DNA of 13,185 nt, taken from positions 1 through 13,185 of the forward strand of contig JBBDIZ010000031.1 in NCBI GenBank assembly GCA_040880145.1, written 5' to 3'. Position numbers and translations under genes: made by a program. A model generated the notes under the pieces. It was not told the DNA's origin. It made no database searches and saw nothing but the letters and a program-made list of their open reading frames with translations. The stretch is from Simkaniaceae bacterium (GTDB lineage: Bacteria > Chlamydiota > Chlamydiia > Chlamydiales > JAJFMI01). Numbering within the stretch: the first letter of the stretch is position 1; each line of letters starts with the position of its first letter. Positions 1 to 8,753 of this stretch are shown piece after piece.

Positions 1-61
1 CAGTTGGCAAGGCCATTAACCGAATGGTTAAAAGCAGCAAAAGGAAAATTCGTATGCCCAT
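1..61 (-). CDS. Probable 5' end of a gene running off the left edge; N-terminus resembles a signal peptide (MGIRIFLLLLLTIRLMALPT...)
   Basis: ATG at 61..59 on the minus strand, frame open to position 1. Basic residue followed by a Leu-rich stretch. Purine-rich GAGAAGAAAAAA upstream. Divergent from ORF 132..548. Two plus-strand frames ending at 63 and 89 are alternatives. Confidence 0.5.
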   Translation of the reverse strand, partial: MGIRIFLLLLLTIRLMALPT

Positions 62-131
62 AGCCCTATATTTTTTCTTCTCAATGTAACCAATAATCGA
101 TTAAACTAAAAATATAATTACAGGAGTTGTT

Positions 132-548
132 ATGGCATTGCCCCAGGAAGACTTTAAAAAAGAAATTTATGGTTTGTTCCATACCATTAAAGAGATTCAA
201 TCCGATCCTAAAAAAAGTACGGATTACAAAACACTTGGAAAATTGGCATTGATCATTCGAGCACTTGACGCTGCAGCGAAACTCTTGCTCGATCATCCAG
301 ATGAAACGCTGCGCTACGACGCTTGCCTCATCACAAATATGTTAGAGACGCCCATAACCCCAGTTGTGAATATCGAAAAAAAAGTCATTCCCTTGAAAGC
401 TGCAGAAACGTATCTCAACCACAAAGAAAAAGAAAGTGATCTCGAACAGATCGTAAAAGCTTGCGTAAAAGATAACGAGATCGTCGATCAATTTTTGAGT
501 GATTTAACAGATATTTTAGATGATTTGAAAACTATGAAGGAAAATTAA
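132..548 (+). CDS. Hypothetical protein, 138 aa, soluble, probably helical
   Basis: ATG preceded by SD AGGAG at 122-126; normal amino-acid composition; no motif recognised. 3' end overlaps the rnz 3' end by 17 bp. Confidence 0.8.
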   Translation: MALPQEDFKKEIYGLFHTIKEIQSDPKKSTDYKTLGKLALIIRALDAAAKLLLDHPDETLRYDACLITNMLETPITPVVNIEKKVIPLKAAETYLNHKEKESDLEQIVKACVKDNEIVDQFLSDLTDILDDLKTMKEN

Positions 549-1437
549 AACGCTTGAAATCATCCGCAGCATAGGAATTAAGGTGGATGCTGCGAGCCTC
601 ATCCTCAAAAGGTTTTAAGTCTCGATAGCGCGCTGAAAAATGGGTCATCACTAAAGTGTCCACACCTGCCTGCTTGGCTATTGTTGCGGCTTCTTTAGCG
701 GTCATGTGATAATGATCATAGGCCAAATCTCGATGCTCCTCTAAATAGGTCGCTTCTGAGAGCAAGAGTTTGGCATCTTTAGCTAAGCGAATCGCATTTG
801 GGCATATTCGAGTATCTATAACGGCCGCAAAAGCATCTCCTTTTCGAATCCAACTCACCTCATCTAAGATAATTTTTTTGCCATCCACAATGATGACGCC
901 TTTCTCTTCGAGCTCTTTTACCATCGTTCCCTTGATATGAAAATCTTTAAGTTTTTGTTTGTCAAATTTTCGGCGATCATTTTCAGTAATTCGCCAACCA
1001 AGATTATCGACCCCATGCTCTAAAAAAGCCGCTTCAATCGTAAACCCCCCTTCTTGACAAACAATTCCTTCTTTATCAACGGGGTGTTCGATCACTTCTA
1101 TGGTTTCATGATAAATAGTACTATAGCGAAGGCGGTCAAAATAAACTTTTCCGGAAGCGGGATAGTAACAATGTATCGGATGGGTGACGCGATCTAAATT
1201 TAATCGCATCAGCATCGATCCAAGCCCTAAGCAATGATCCCCATGAAAATGGCTGATAAAAATGCGGTTGACCGTCGGAGGAGCGATTTCCGCAAAAATA
1301 AATTGCCGCTGCGTCCCTTCTCCCGGGTCAAAGAGAAAACCCTGATTATTCCAACGGAGCAAATAGGCTCCCTGGTTTCTCATACGCGTTGGGTGCTGCG
1401 AAGAACAGCCTAAAATAGTCAAATCTTTAACAGTCAA
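532..1437 (-). CDS. rnz: Ribonuclease Z (tRNase Z, ElaC family)
   Basis: Metallo-beta-lactamase motif [25 protein letters not shown] and THFSARY; N-terminal [13 protein letters not shown] typical of chlamydial RNase Z. TTG start overlaps the rhomboid TGA stop (TTGA, 1437-1434). Confidence 0.96.
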   Translation of the reverse strand: MTVKDLTILGCSSQHPTRMRNQGAYLLRWNNQGFLFDPGEGTQRQFIFAEIAPPTVNRIFISHFHGDHCLGLGSMLMRLNLDRVTHPIHCYYPASGKVYFDRLRYSTIYHETIEVIEHPVDKEGIVCQEGGFTIEAAFLEHGVDNLGWRITENDRRKFDKQKLKDFHIKGTMVKELEEKGVIIVDGKKIILDEVSWIRKGDAFAAVIDTRICPNAIRLAKDAKLLLSEATYLEEHRDLAYDHYHMTAKEAATIAKQAGVDTLVMTHFSARYRDLKPFEDEARSIHLNSYAADDFKRFNFPS

Positions 1438-2561
1438 TTGAGACTCTTATAAAAATAAGGTATGCGCGCTAAAACCATACCTGTTATTGCGCCTGCTACA
1501 TGAGCTGCGTTAGCTATTTGTAAATTCAAATTAAACGCAGTAAAGCGCTCCACAAAAAAGAGCGCGATTTGAAATAATAACATCCCAAAGATAAAAATCC
1601 CAAGAAATAATGCTGTGAGTTTTTCTAAAGGATAGCCCTCCCAAGGCGCTAATTTTTGCCTGACCCAAATAAATCCAGCCATCCCGCAAACAACGCCTGA
1701 ATATCCGAGGAAAAAGGGTCCTGTCATTAAATACTGTACCGTATTTGAGACGATTGCCATTAAAATCATAAGGAAAAGAAACCGAAAACGCGATAATCGC
1801 TCTTCCATCATGCGCCCAAGTAAGAATACCCAGAGCATGTTGAATAAAATATGCAGAAGTCCCCCATGCAAAAGGGCAGGAGTGAAAATACGATAGATCT
1901 CTCCCTCTCGAATTTTTATAAAAAGTGGCGCTTTTAACATCTCTTTCGATGAGGGCCACTTAAGAATAAGCTCGTAAAACCCTTTCCAAAAAGGAATTTT
2001 TTCAAGTTCGTTAAGCTGGGCTGTTTCAGCTGGTGATAATTCCGGAATTTCTCCCTTCTCTCCAAGTTCAATCTTTTTCCAAAAAGAAGAAATTTCTTGA
2101 ACGGGCGGGGGAAGATCGTAAAAAAAAGCCTCTTCAAGAGGGGTTAAAACGACAAGATTTGTTTTTAAAAACGGAGCAACTTCGACTTTTTGACTGATAT
2201 TTAAAATAAAGAAAAAGGTGCAAACCATAATAATGAGAAATGTTAATTTTGGCGGCCTTTGAGTATGCTGAGGGATGTCTTCATCTAAAGACGGCTTCTC
2301 TTCTTCTTCATTACCTTCCTCTTCTTTTAAGGAAGGAAGAGGGATATCGTATTTAGGATTGGAGGGGTCTTTGATAAACTCATTGTAGAGTTTAAGGGCG
2401 CTCTCGTTCTTATCTTCATTTTTGACCCAGATTGTGAACCGCTTTTGACCGGTTAGGGAATCGATCGTCGGTTCTAATTCATTCTCGATTTCTTGATCGA
2501 TTAAAACTCTTTGAAACTTTAACGCTTCTTGCTCATCACTTAAGGAGGCTACTTGCCGCAT
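1434..2561 (-). CDS. Rhomboid-family intramembrane serine protease (GlpG-like, with soluble N-terminal domain)
   Basis: L1-loop [22 protein letters not shown], catalytic GYSG (Ser) and NAAHVAG (His); several hydrophobic segments; SD GAGGTG upstream of the ATG. Confidence 0.92.
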   Translation of the reverse strand: MRQVASLSDEQEALKFQRVLIDQEIENELEPTIDSLTGQKRFTIWVKNEDKNESALKLYNEFIKDPSNPKYDIPLPSLKEEEGNEEEEKPSLDEDIPQHTQRPPKLTFLIIMVCTFFFILNISQKVEVAPFLKTNLVVLTPLEEAFFYDLPPPVQEISSFWKKIELGEKGEIPELSPAETAQLNELEKIPFWKGFYELILKWPSSKEMLKAPLFIKIREGEIYRIFTPALLHGGLLHILFNMLWVFLLGRMMEERLSRFRFLFLMILMAIVSNTVQYLMTGPFFLGYSGVVCGMAGFIWVRQKLAPWEGYPLEKLTALFLGIFIFGMLLFQIALFFVERFTAFNLNLQIANAAHVAGAITGMVLARIPYFYKSLN

Positions 2562-3024
2562 TTTCTATCACCTCAGATGTCGAAAGCCCCGGCACACGCT
2601 CTACAATATGGAGCCTTCCCCCATTTTTCTTCACTATGGACGATTCTAGACAATCTTGTCCATACTCACTTCCATTTACATGAACATGCGGTCGGATCTG
2701 TGATAATAATGCAATCGGATCGGCTTCATTAAACCACGTCACATAGTCAACACAAGAAAGCGCTGCCATCATTTCTAAACGAAATTTCAGAGGGATAATA
2801 GGCCGATTTTCACCTTTATATTGCTTTATGGATTCATCGCTATTGAGCGCTGCAATCAAGAGATCGCCTTGCGCTTTAGCTTCAAAAAGGATGGTTAGAT
2901 GACCCGCATGCAAAAGATCGAAAGATCCATTGATTGAAACAATCGTTTTCTTCTCTTCTCTTGCCCGGACTAAGACTTCATCAAGTTGTTTAGATGAGAG
3001 GATTTTTTCTTTAAAATCTCTCAT
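2536..3024 (-). CDS. Cytidylyltransferase-superfamily nucleotidyltransferase, RfaE domain II / HldC-like (putative D-glycero-beta-D-manno-heptose 1-phosphate adenylyltransferase)
   Basis: HIGH-type motif NGSFDLLHAGH, LNSDESI, KGENRP and GLSTS, as in stand-alone HldE adenylyltransferase domains. ATG overlaps the lon stop (ATGA, 3024-3021). Substrate is inferred. Confidence 0.85.
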   Translation of the reverse strand: MRDFKEKILSSKQLDEVLVRAREEKKTIVSINGSFDLLHAGHLTILFEAKAQGDLLIAALNSDESIKQYKGENRPIIPLKFRLEMMAALSCVDYVTWFNEADPIALLSQIRPHVHVNGSEYGQDCLESSIVKKNGGRLHIVERVPGLSTSEVIENAASSLLK

Positions 3025-5462
3025 TTTCTATCAAAAGCAATTTTTTTTACTTCATCATAATGATCGACAAAATAAACTTTAATTCCTTTTTTTAGGTAAT
3101 CGGGAAGCTCCTCAAAATCACGCTCGTTCTCTTTTGGGAAAATTAAAAATTTGAGTTTGGATCGGCGCGCTGCTATTAATTTTTCTTTAACGCCGCCGAT
3201 GGGAAGAACCTTCCCGGTTAAAGTCAACTCTCCCGTCATGCCAAGATCGGCCCGAATGGGTTTATCGAGCAAGAGCGAAAGCATAGCTGTAACCATAGTG
3301 ATCCCGGCTGAGGGTCCATCTTTTGGGGTCGCACCTTCAGGAATATGCAAATGCACTTCATTTTTTTCAAAAAACTTCTTCTTTGGAGCATATCCGGAAA
3401 CCCGGCTCATCAGATAACTCCAAGCGATCTGTGAAGACTCTTTCATCACGTCTCCAGCTTGACCTGTCAATTTCATCTGAGTTTTATCTGCTGGATTTTT
3501 TACAGCTTCAATATAGAGAGTCGCTCCTCCCATCGATGTCCAAGCAAGTCCCATTGCCACTCCGACGGGAGTCTTTTTGTAAAAACGATCCGAGGTAAAA
3601 ATAGGTTTTCCGAGATACTCTTCTAAACTCTTTTCTCCAATACGGATGACCTTTTTGGCCTCTCCTTTTTTTAATTTTACAATTTTAACGGCAACTTTTC
3701 GTAAAATTTTCTTGATGTTTTTTTCAAGTGAACGTACCCCCGCCTCACGAGCATACCCTTCAATGATTTGACGAATGGCTCCGTCTGTAAAGGTGAGATC
3801 GCTTATCTTAAGGCCCATAGCCTCTCGATTCTTTAAAATGAGATAACGCTTGGCAATCTCCACTTTTTCTTCCTTAATATAACCTGAAAGCCTCAAGACA
3901 TCCATACGATCAAGAAGAGGCGCCGGAATGGTATCCAGCACGTTTGCCGTTACAATAAAAAGAATATTAGAAAGGTCGGCGCGCACATCGAGATAGTGAT
4001 CGAGAAACTCTTTATTTTGCTCAGGATCTAAAACTTCTAAAAGAGCAGATGCGGGATCGCCCTGATAGCTCGCTCCCATTTTATCGACTTCATCAAGCAT
4101 AATCACAGGATTCATCGATTGTGTATATTTTAATGCCTGAATCATCTTTCCCGGCATAGCACCGACATAGGTTCGCCTGTGGCCCTTGATTTCTGCTTCA
4201 TCACGCATGCCCCCGACAGAGAAACGATAAAATTTTCGCCCCAATGCCCGCGCAATGCTTTTCCCAATGCTCGTCTTTCCAACGCCTGGGGGGCCAACAA
4301 AACAGATAATGCTCCCTTTGACTCCCCCGGATAATTTGCCCACACTGACAAACTCTAAAATACGACTTTTAATATCCTTTAAACCATAATGATCTTCGTC
4401 TAAAATTTTCTCAGCCGGCTTGATCTCAAGCTGATCCTCTGTATGAACTCCCCAAGGCACAATCGTTAACCAATCGAGATAGTTTCGGCAAACAGAATAT
4501 TCTGCGGATTGGACTTCTAAATAATTGAGTTTTTCAAGTTCTTCATCGATGATTTTTTGAATCTCTCCGGGAACTTCTTTTCCCTTAATTCTCTCTAAAA
4601 ATTTCTCTCGATCACAAGTCTTATCATCTTTTTCCATGCCGAGCTCTCTCTTAATCGCCTTAAGCTGTTCTTTTAAGAAAAATTCTCGCTGGGTTTTAGA
4701 GACAGTCGCTTCAATTTTTTGATTAATACTGCTTTGAAGCTTACTTAAATCGAGCTCCTTTTTTAATAGGACTAAAGCTCTATCAATGCGCGTTTGAATA
4801 TCATAACTCTCCAACACTCGTTGCAGCTCTTCTCGAGATGCCGTTGTTAAAGCCACTGCAAAATCAGCAAGTTTGCCGGGCTCTGTAAAGTCGGAATGTC
4901 CTAGAAAAATCTGAAGCTCTTCTTTAAAGAGAGGGTTGAGTTTCAAAAGCTCCTTAATCGTCGTAATAATGCTAATCGTATAAGCCTTTACAACCTTTGC
5001 TTGTTTTTTCACAAGATCATCATGGTACAAAACTTTAGCGCGTAAGTAAGGGCCTTTTTTTATAAATCGTTTTGTCTTGATACGCTTTTCCATATTCAGA
5101 ATGACTTGAGCCCCGCCCTGCTCGATGGGAATAATACGAAGGATGCGCGCAACAACACCCACTCGGTGCAGGTCTGAAGAGTTCAAATTATAGATATCGG
5201 TATCTTCACTTTTCGTTAAGAACAGGCCAAGCATTTTGTGCTCTGACTTCGCGACAATTTTGAGGACTTCATAAAAAGGCCCGGGCTCGATAACAAGAGG
5301 AGCCGCCATACCCGGGAAAAAGGGGCGTCTTGTTAAAGGAAGAATAAAAAGATCGTCCGGCCAGTCATAGCTTGATAAGTCGTGACCTTCGTCTTCATCG
5401 TGTACACTGTCAATTAGATCATGGGTATGGATGCCGTCGTCAAAATCGTCTTGCAAGATCAT
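3021..5462 (-). CDS. lon: ATP-dependent Lon protease (endopeptidase La)
   Basis: LON N-domain, Walker A GPPGVGKT, Walker B IMLDEVDK, HRRTYVGAMPG, catalytic Ser motif PKDGPSAG and Lys in IGGVKEK. SD AAGGAG at 5470-5465. Confidence 0.98.
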   Translation of the reverse strand: MILQDDFDDGIHTHDLIDSVHDEDEGHDLSSYDWPDDLFILPLTRRPFFPGMAAPLVIEPGPFYEVLKIVAKSEHKMLGLFLTKSEDTDIYNLNSSDLHRVGVVARILRIIPIEQGGAQVILNMEKRIKTKRFIKKGPYLRAKVLYHDDLVKKQAKVVKAYTISIITTIKELLKLNPLFKEELQIFLGHSDFTEPGKLADFAVALTTASREELQRVLESYDIQTRIDRALVLLKKELDLSKLQSSINQKIEATVSKTQREFFLKEQLKAIKRELGMEKDDKTCDREKFLERIKGKEVPGEIQKIIDEELEKLNYLEVQSAEYSVCRNYLDWLTIVPWGVHTEDQLEIKPAEKILDEDHYGLKDIKSRILEFVSVGKLSGGVKGSIICFVGPPGVGKTSIGKSIARALGRKFYRFSVGGMRDEAEIKGHRRTYVGAMPGKMIQALKYTQSMNPVIMLDEVDKMGASYQGDPASALLEVLDPEQNKEFLDHYLDVRADLSNILFIVTANVLDTIPAPLLDRMDVLRLSGYIKEEKVEIAKRYLILKNREAMGLKISDLTFTDGAIRQIIEGYAREAGVRSLEKNIKKILRKVAVKIVKLKKGEAKKVIRIGEKSLEEYLGKPIFTSDRFYKKTPVGVAMGLAWTSMGGATLYIEAVKNPADKTQMKLTGQAGDVMKESSQIAWSYLMSRVSGYAPKKKFFEKNEVHLHIPEGATPKDGPSAGITMVTAMLSLLLDKPIRADLGMTGELTLTGKVLPIGGVKEKLIAARRSKLKFLIFPKENERDFEELPDYLKKGIKVYFVDHYDEVKKIAFDRK

Positions 5463-5499
5463 CTCTCCTTTTTCTTCAACCCTAGATTAAGCTGAAATG

Positions 5500-5644
5500 A
5501 TTTCGGTATACTCTATCAAGATTTCCTAAATAAGCGCAATACTATAGTCAATTCTTAAAGTTATTTCGGTATAGACAAAAAAAAGAGTTCATCAGGTATA
5601 CTCTTTCCTATCCACCTCTCAAGGTAAATTAAAATTTCGGTACA
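5500..5644 (+). repeat. Three dispersed direct copies of ATTTCGGTA(T/C)A (5500-5510, 5563-5573, 5634-5644) plus two copies of GGTATACTCT (5505-5514, 5595-5604) in the lon/tsaB divergent spacer
   Basis: Read directly from the sequence; copy starts are 63 and 71 bp apart. Confidence 0.8.
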
Positions 5645-5655
5645 ACCTCCTATTT

Positions 5656-6297
5656 ATGCTTTCTTTGATTATTGACACAAGCTGTGATGACTATTTTTTG
5701 GCGATCTTTCATGAAAACACTCTACTCGTTCAAAAAAAAATTTCAACAAAAACCCGTCAATCGCACCTGATAATGACCCACATTCAATCCCTCTTTAATG
5801 AATGTTCCCTTGCATTGAATGCCCTGACTACAATTGGAGTTTGCGTCGGCCCCGGTTCATTTACCGGTACAAGGATAGGGGTCATGGTTGCAAAAACCTT
5901 GAGCTTTGCTCTTCATATTCCCCTCGTTCCCTTTCATTCTACTGAAGCTTATAAACCCATGAAAAAAACTTCACAATTTGGTCTGATCATCGACGCGAAA
6001 ACAGATTCCTATTACTTTGGCCTCGGCAGCACGCTCTTATCAAAGGATCTCTCTTTTGATCCTCCCGTTCTTCTTAAAAAAGAAGAGGTCCCTTCCTTGC
6101 CGCTGATCACCCCACAACCTCACTTAATCGATTGCTTTGATAAAATGACCCCTGCACTCTACGATGCTCCAAGAATCGCAGCACTTGTCGAAAAACGTTT
6201 TAAAATCCAAGGGGGGCTTTTTCACGATAAAATCCAAGTCCTTTACCTAAAAAATCCTGCAAACTCTAAGCCTGTTCAAGAATCGGTTTTGGGCTAG
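5656..6297 (+). CDS. tsaB: tRNA threonylcarbamoyladenosine (t6A) biosynthesis protein TsaB (YeaZ)
   Basis: N-terminal LIIDTS, signature GVCVGPGSFTGTRIG, IIDAK; expected position before rpsU-dnaJ. Confidence 0.93.
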   Translation: MLSLIIDTSCDDYFLAIFHENTLLVQKKISTKTRQSHLIMTHIQSLFNECSLALNALTTIGVCVGPGSFTGTRIGVMVAKTLSFALHIPLVPFHSTEAYKPMKKTSQFGLIIDAKTDSYYFGLGSTLLSKDLSFDPPVLLKKEEVPSLPLITPQPHLIDCFDKMTPALYDAPRIAALVEKRFKIQGGLFHDKIQVLYLKNPANSKPVQESVLG

Positions 6298-6367
6298 TGC
6301 TCTGTCAACATTAAATTTTCCGTTTCGGCTGCGTGAAAGCTTTCGAAATTCGTCGATCATAAATGAG

Positions 6368-6396
6368 TTGATTCTATTTGAAGAGCATGCTACCAT
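6368..6396 (+). promoter_or_regulatory. Putative sigma66/sigma70 promoter for rpsU(-dnaJ)
   Basis: TTGATT (6368-6373), 17-bp spacer, TACCAT (6391-6396) preceded by extended -10 TGn; 44 bp upstream of the rpsU ATG. Confidence 0.65.
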
Positions 6397-6440
6397 TTAG
6401 GCATTGTTAAACTTAAATCTTTAAAGGATGTGATTTTATA

Positions 6441-6626
6441 ATGCCACAAGTCAAAGTCCGCAGCGGAGAATCAATCGATAAAGCCCTCAGAGCATTAAAA
6501 AAGAAAATTGATAAGGAGGGGATTCTTAAAGCAGCTAAAGCCGGGCGCTTTTATGACAAACCTTCTGTAAAAAAACGTGCAAAATCTAAAGCTGCTTTGA
6601 AATATAAATTAAAGCGCTCTAAATAA
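6441..6626 (+). CDS. rpsU: 30S ribosomal protein S21
   Basis: [22 protein letters not shown]...[10 protein letters not shown], classic bS21; SD-like AAGGA at 6424-6428. Confidence 0.97.
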   Translation: MPQVKVRSGESIDKALRALKKKIDKEGILKAAKAGRFYDKPSVKKRAKSKAALKYKLKRSK

Positions 6627-6629
6627 TTT

Positions 6630-6656
6630 TTAGCGCTCTAGTCATTAATTTGCTAA
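6630..6656 (+). promoter_or_regulatory. CIRCE-like inverted repeat (putative HrcA operator) upstream of dnaJ
   Basis: TTAGCGCTC-N9-ATTTGCTAA versus consensus TTAGCACTC-N9-GAGTGCTAA (8/9 and 6/9 matches, exact 9-nt spacer), immediately upstream of a chaperone gene. Confidence 0.65.
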
Positions 6657-6667
6657 TTTGTTATACT
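6639..6667 (+). promoter_or_regulatory. Putative internal dnaJ promoter (extended -10)
   Basis: TAGTCA (6639-6644), 17 bp, TATACT (6662-6667) with TG at 6659-6660; the -35 lies inside the CIRCE-like spacer. Confidence 0.55.
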
Positions 6668-6675
6668 GAAGTGGT

Positions 6676-7833
6676 ATGGATTACTATAAAACTCTAGGCC
6701 TCTCAAAAGGGGCCGATCCCAGTGAGATAAAAAAAGCTTATCGTAAGCTCGCTATGAAATATCATCCGGATAAAAATCCCGGTGATGAAGAAGCGGAGAA
6801 GAAGTTTAAACAAATTTCTGAAGCTTATGAGGTTCTTAGCGACGACAATAAGCGGCGTATGTACGACCAATTTGGCGCAGACGCTCTTCGTGGCGGCATG
6901 GGTGGAGGTGCTCGTGGCGCCGGCGGTTTTTCTTCAATGGAAGAAGCCCTCCGAACCTTTATGGGTGCTTTCGGAGGAGGAGCCACCGGCGGCGGCGGCG
7001 ATACCATTTTCGACAGTTTCTTTGGGGGTGGCATGGGTGGCTCCGGCCGCTCTCAGCCCCGACAAGGCTCGAGCAAGCGCGTTACTCTAAATATCACTTT
7101 TGAAGAAGCTGCTTCAGGTTGCGAAAAAGAAATCGCCATCTCCAATTATAGCAATTGCAATACATGTCGCGGCTCGGGTGCAAAATCATCTAAAGATATC
7201 AAGTCTTGCTCCACCTGCCAAGGACAAGGCCAGGTTCACCAAAGTCGTGGTTTTTTCAGTATGACTTCAACTTGCCCCCATTGTCATGGAGCAGGCCAAG
7301 TGATTTCAAATCCTTGCGAAGATTGTCATGGCTCCGGAAAGACCAAAGTTCGCCAAAAAGTCGTGGTTCCCATTCCTGCCGGGATCGATAGCGGCATGCG
7401 CCTTAAAATGAGTGGATATGGAGATGCCGGAGAACAAGGAGCTCCCTCCGGAGATCTTTTTGTCTACATCAATGTCAAACCTCATGACCTTTTTGTTCGC
7501 GATGGAGATGACGTTGTCATCACCCTCCCCCTCTCCTTTACAGAAGCCGCTCTCGGTACAAAAAAAGAGATTCCTACTCCTTTAGATGGTGCGCATATGG
7601 TCACAATCCAAGAGGGAACTCAACCGGGTAAAATTTTGCGTGTTAAAGGAAAAGGCCTGCAAAACGTCCACGGCCATAGCCGAGGCGACCTCCTTCTCCA
7701 GATTCAAGTCGAAACTCCTGTTCATCTATCCAGTGAACAAAAAAAACTTCTCAATGAATTTCAGGAATTAGAAGGCCCGCATAACTCTCCAAAAAAAAAA
7801 TCGTTTTTTGAAAAAATAAAATCATTTTTTTAA
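6676..7833 (+). CDS. dnaJ: Molecular chaperone DnaJ (class A Hsp40)
   Basis: J-domain with HPD, G/F-rich linker, four CxxCxGxG zinc-finger repeats ([32 protein letters not shown]), C-terminal substrate-binding domain. Confidence 0.98.
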   Translation: MDYYKTLGLSKGADPSEIKKAYRKLAMKYHPDKNPGDEEAEKKFKQISEAYEVLSDDNKRRMYDQFGADALRGGMGGGARGAGGFSSMEEALRTFMGAFGGGATGGGGDTIFDSFFGGGMGGSGRSQPRQGSSKRVTLNITFEEAASGCEKEIAISNYSNCNTCRGSGAKSSKDIKSCSTCQGQGQVHQSRGFFSMTSTCPHCHGAGQVISNPCEDCHGSGKTKVRQKVVVPIPAGIDSGMRLKMSGYGDAGEQGAPSGDLFVYINVKPHDLFVRDGDDVVITLPLSFTEAALGTKKEIPTPLDGAHMVTIQEGTQPGKILRVKGKGLQNVHGHSRGDLLLQIQVETPVHLSSEQKKLLNEFQELEGPHNSPKKKSFFEKIKSFF

Positions 7834-7868
7834 TTGATATTGTTATTTCATTCCTCTAATTAAGAGTT

Positions 7869-8753
7869 ATGGATTATCAAAATTATAATGTAAAAAAAGG
7901 TGTCTTTTGGATTTTTATTGCAACGATTTCATTTGCAATCATGTCCGCTTTAGTCAAAATAATTGGAGATCGGGTAACGATTCCCACCATTATTTTTTTT
8001 CGCTTTGGGTTGGGTTTCCTTCTTTTGCTCCCCTGGTTTCTTAAAGATATTAAAGGGATATTGCATTCTGTGTGTCCATGGAAGCTTTTTTTTCGCTCCA
8101 TTTTAGCGCTTATTGCTATTTTTTTTACTTACATGGCCATTCGCCGCATCCCGCTTGTCAATGCTATTTTACTTACAAATACAGCCTCATTATTCATTCC
8201 TCTTGTCATTCGAATCGCATTAAAGAGAAAAACACCTGTAGCTGTTTGGTGGGGCGTTCTTATTGGGTTTTTAGGGGTTGTTATCGTATTGAATCCAGGC
8301 AGGGATATTTTTAACCTAGGCTCTATTTATGGGCTTTTAAGCGGTCTTTTTGCAGCTGTAGCTCTTGTGATTTTACGGCTTATGGGGATACAGACAAGAC
8401 CTTCACAAATTTTTTTCTACTACTTTGCAACGTCGACTCTAATTGGAGGAATTGGAGCCATTTTCTTGAGAGAGCCTCTTGATTTAGAAACGATGTTGTT
8501 ATTATTAGGTATCGGTATCTTCGGTCTTATTTATCAAGTTGGCTTAACCTATGGATTAAAATCGGCACCCGTTCGGCTGATGTCTTCTCTTCTGTTCTTA
8601 AGTGTTGTATTTGGAGGGTTTTTAGATTGGCTCTTATTCTCCCATATTCCTTCTCTGCTTACATTTTTGGGGATGCTTCTTGTTGTCTTTGGAAGCTTAA
8701 TCACCATCATTTGGGGCCGCAAGAGGATTCTTCCTCCTAAGGAGTCGGAATAA
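7869..8753 (+). CDS. DMT superfamily (EamA-like) transporter, about 10 TM segments
   Basis: 294 aa, two EamA-like halves; characteristic FAIMSALVK, IFFRF, GFLGVVIVLNPG and LLGMLLVVFG-like segments. Substrate unknown. Confidence 0.9.
   Translation: MDYQNYNVKKGVFWIFIATISFAIMSALVKIIGDRVTIPTIIFFRFGLGFLLLLPWFLKDIKGILHSVCPWKLFFRSILALIAIFFTYMAIRRIPLVNAILLTNTASLFIPLVIRIALKRKTPVAVWWGVLIGFLGVVIVLNPGRDIFNLGSIYGLLSGLFAAVALVILRLMGIQTRPSQIFFYYFATSTLIGGIGAIFLREPLDLETMLLLLGIGIFGLIYQVGLTYGLKSAPVRLMSSLLFLSVVFGGFLDWLLFSHIPSLLTFLGMLLVVFGSLITIIWGRKRILPPKESE

Noticed and set aside
81..296. 71-aa minus-strand ORF
   Set aside because: Antisense to ORF 132..548, which has a clear SD and better composition.
1531..2137. 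Alternative-frame ORFs (142 aa and 67 aa) inside the rhomboid gene
   Set aside because: Nested in an intact gene; no motifs; no sign of a frameshift.
3151..4351. Small ORFs within or antisense to lon
   Set aside because: Shadow frames of a conserved gene.
5572..5602. TAGACA...TATACT as the tsaB promoter
   Set aside because: The spacer is 19 bp; possible but too weak to call.
5500..5644. Mini CRISPR array (repeat period 63-71 bp)
   Set aside because: The conserved unit is only 11 bp, spacing is uneven, and there is no leader or cas gene in the window.
5645..5652. Perfect SD (AGGAGGT) on the minus strand just upstream of tsaB
   Set aside because: No suitably spaced start codon with a meaningful ORF downstream.
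6613..6640. Direct repeat AGCGCTCTA at 6613-6621 and 6632-6640 as a target-site duplication
   Set aside because: Only 10 bp lie between the copies; one is rpsU coding sequence and the other is the CIRCE-like left arm.
6782..7771. Small ORFs inside dnaJ, including the Pro-rich antisense ORF 6825..7034
   Set aside because: The Pro-richness mirrors Gly codons of the DnaJ G/F region; all are nested in an intact gene.
7790..7840. A/T tracts at the dnaJ 3' end as a terminator or phase-variation site
   Set aside because: They encode [13 protein letters not shown], a normal DnaJ-like tail; there is no GC-rich hairpin.
532..8753. Both convergent gene pairs overlap by exactly 17 bp (532-548 and 8737-8753)
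   Set aside because: The overlap sequences are unrelated; overlap lengths are constrained by codon phase, so this is likely coincidence.
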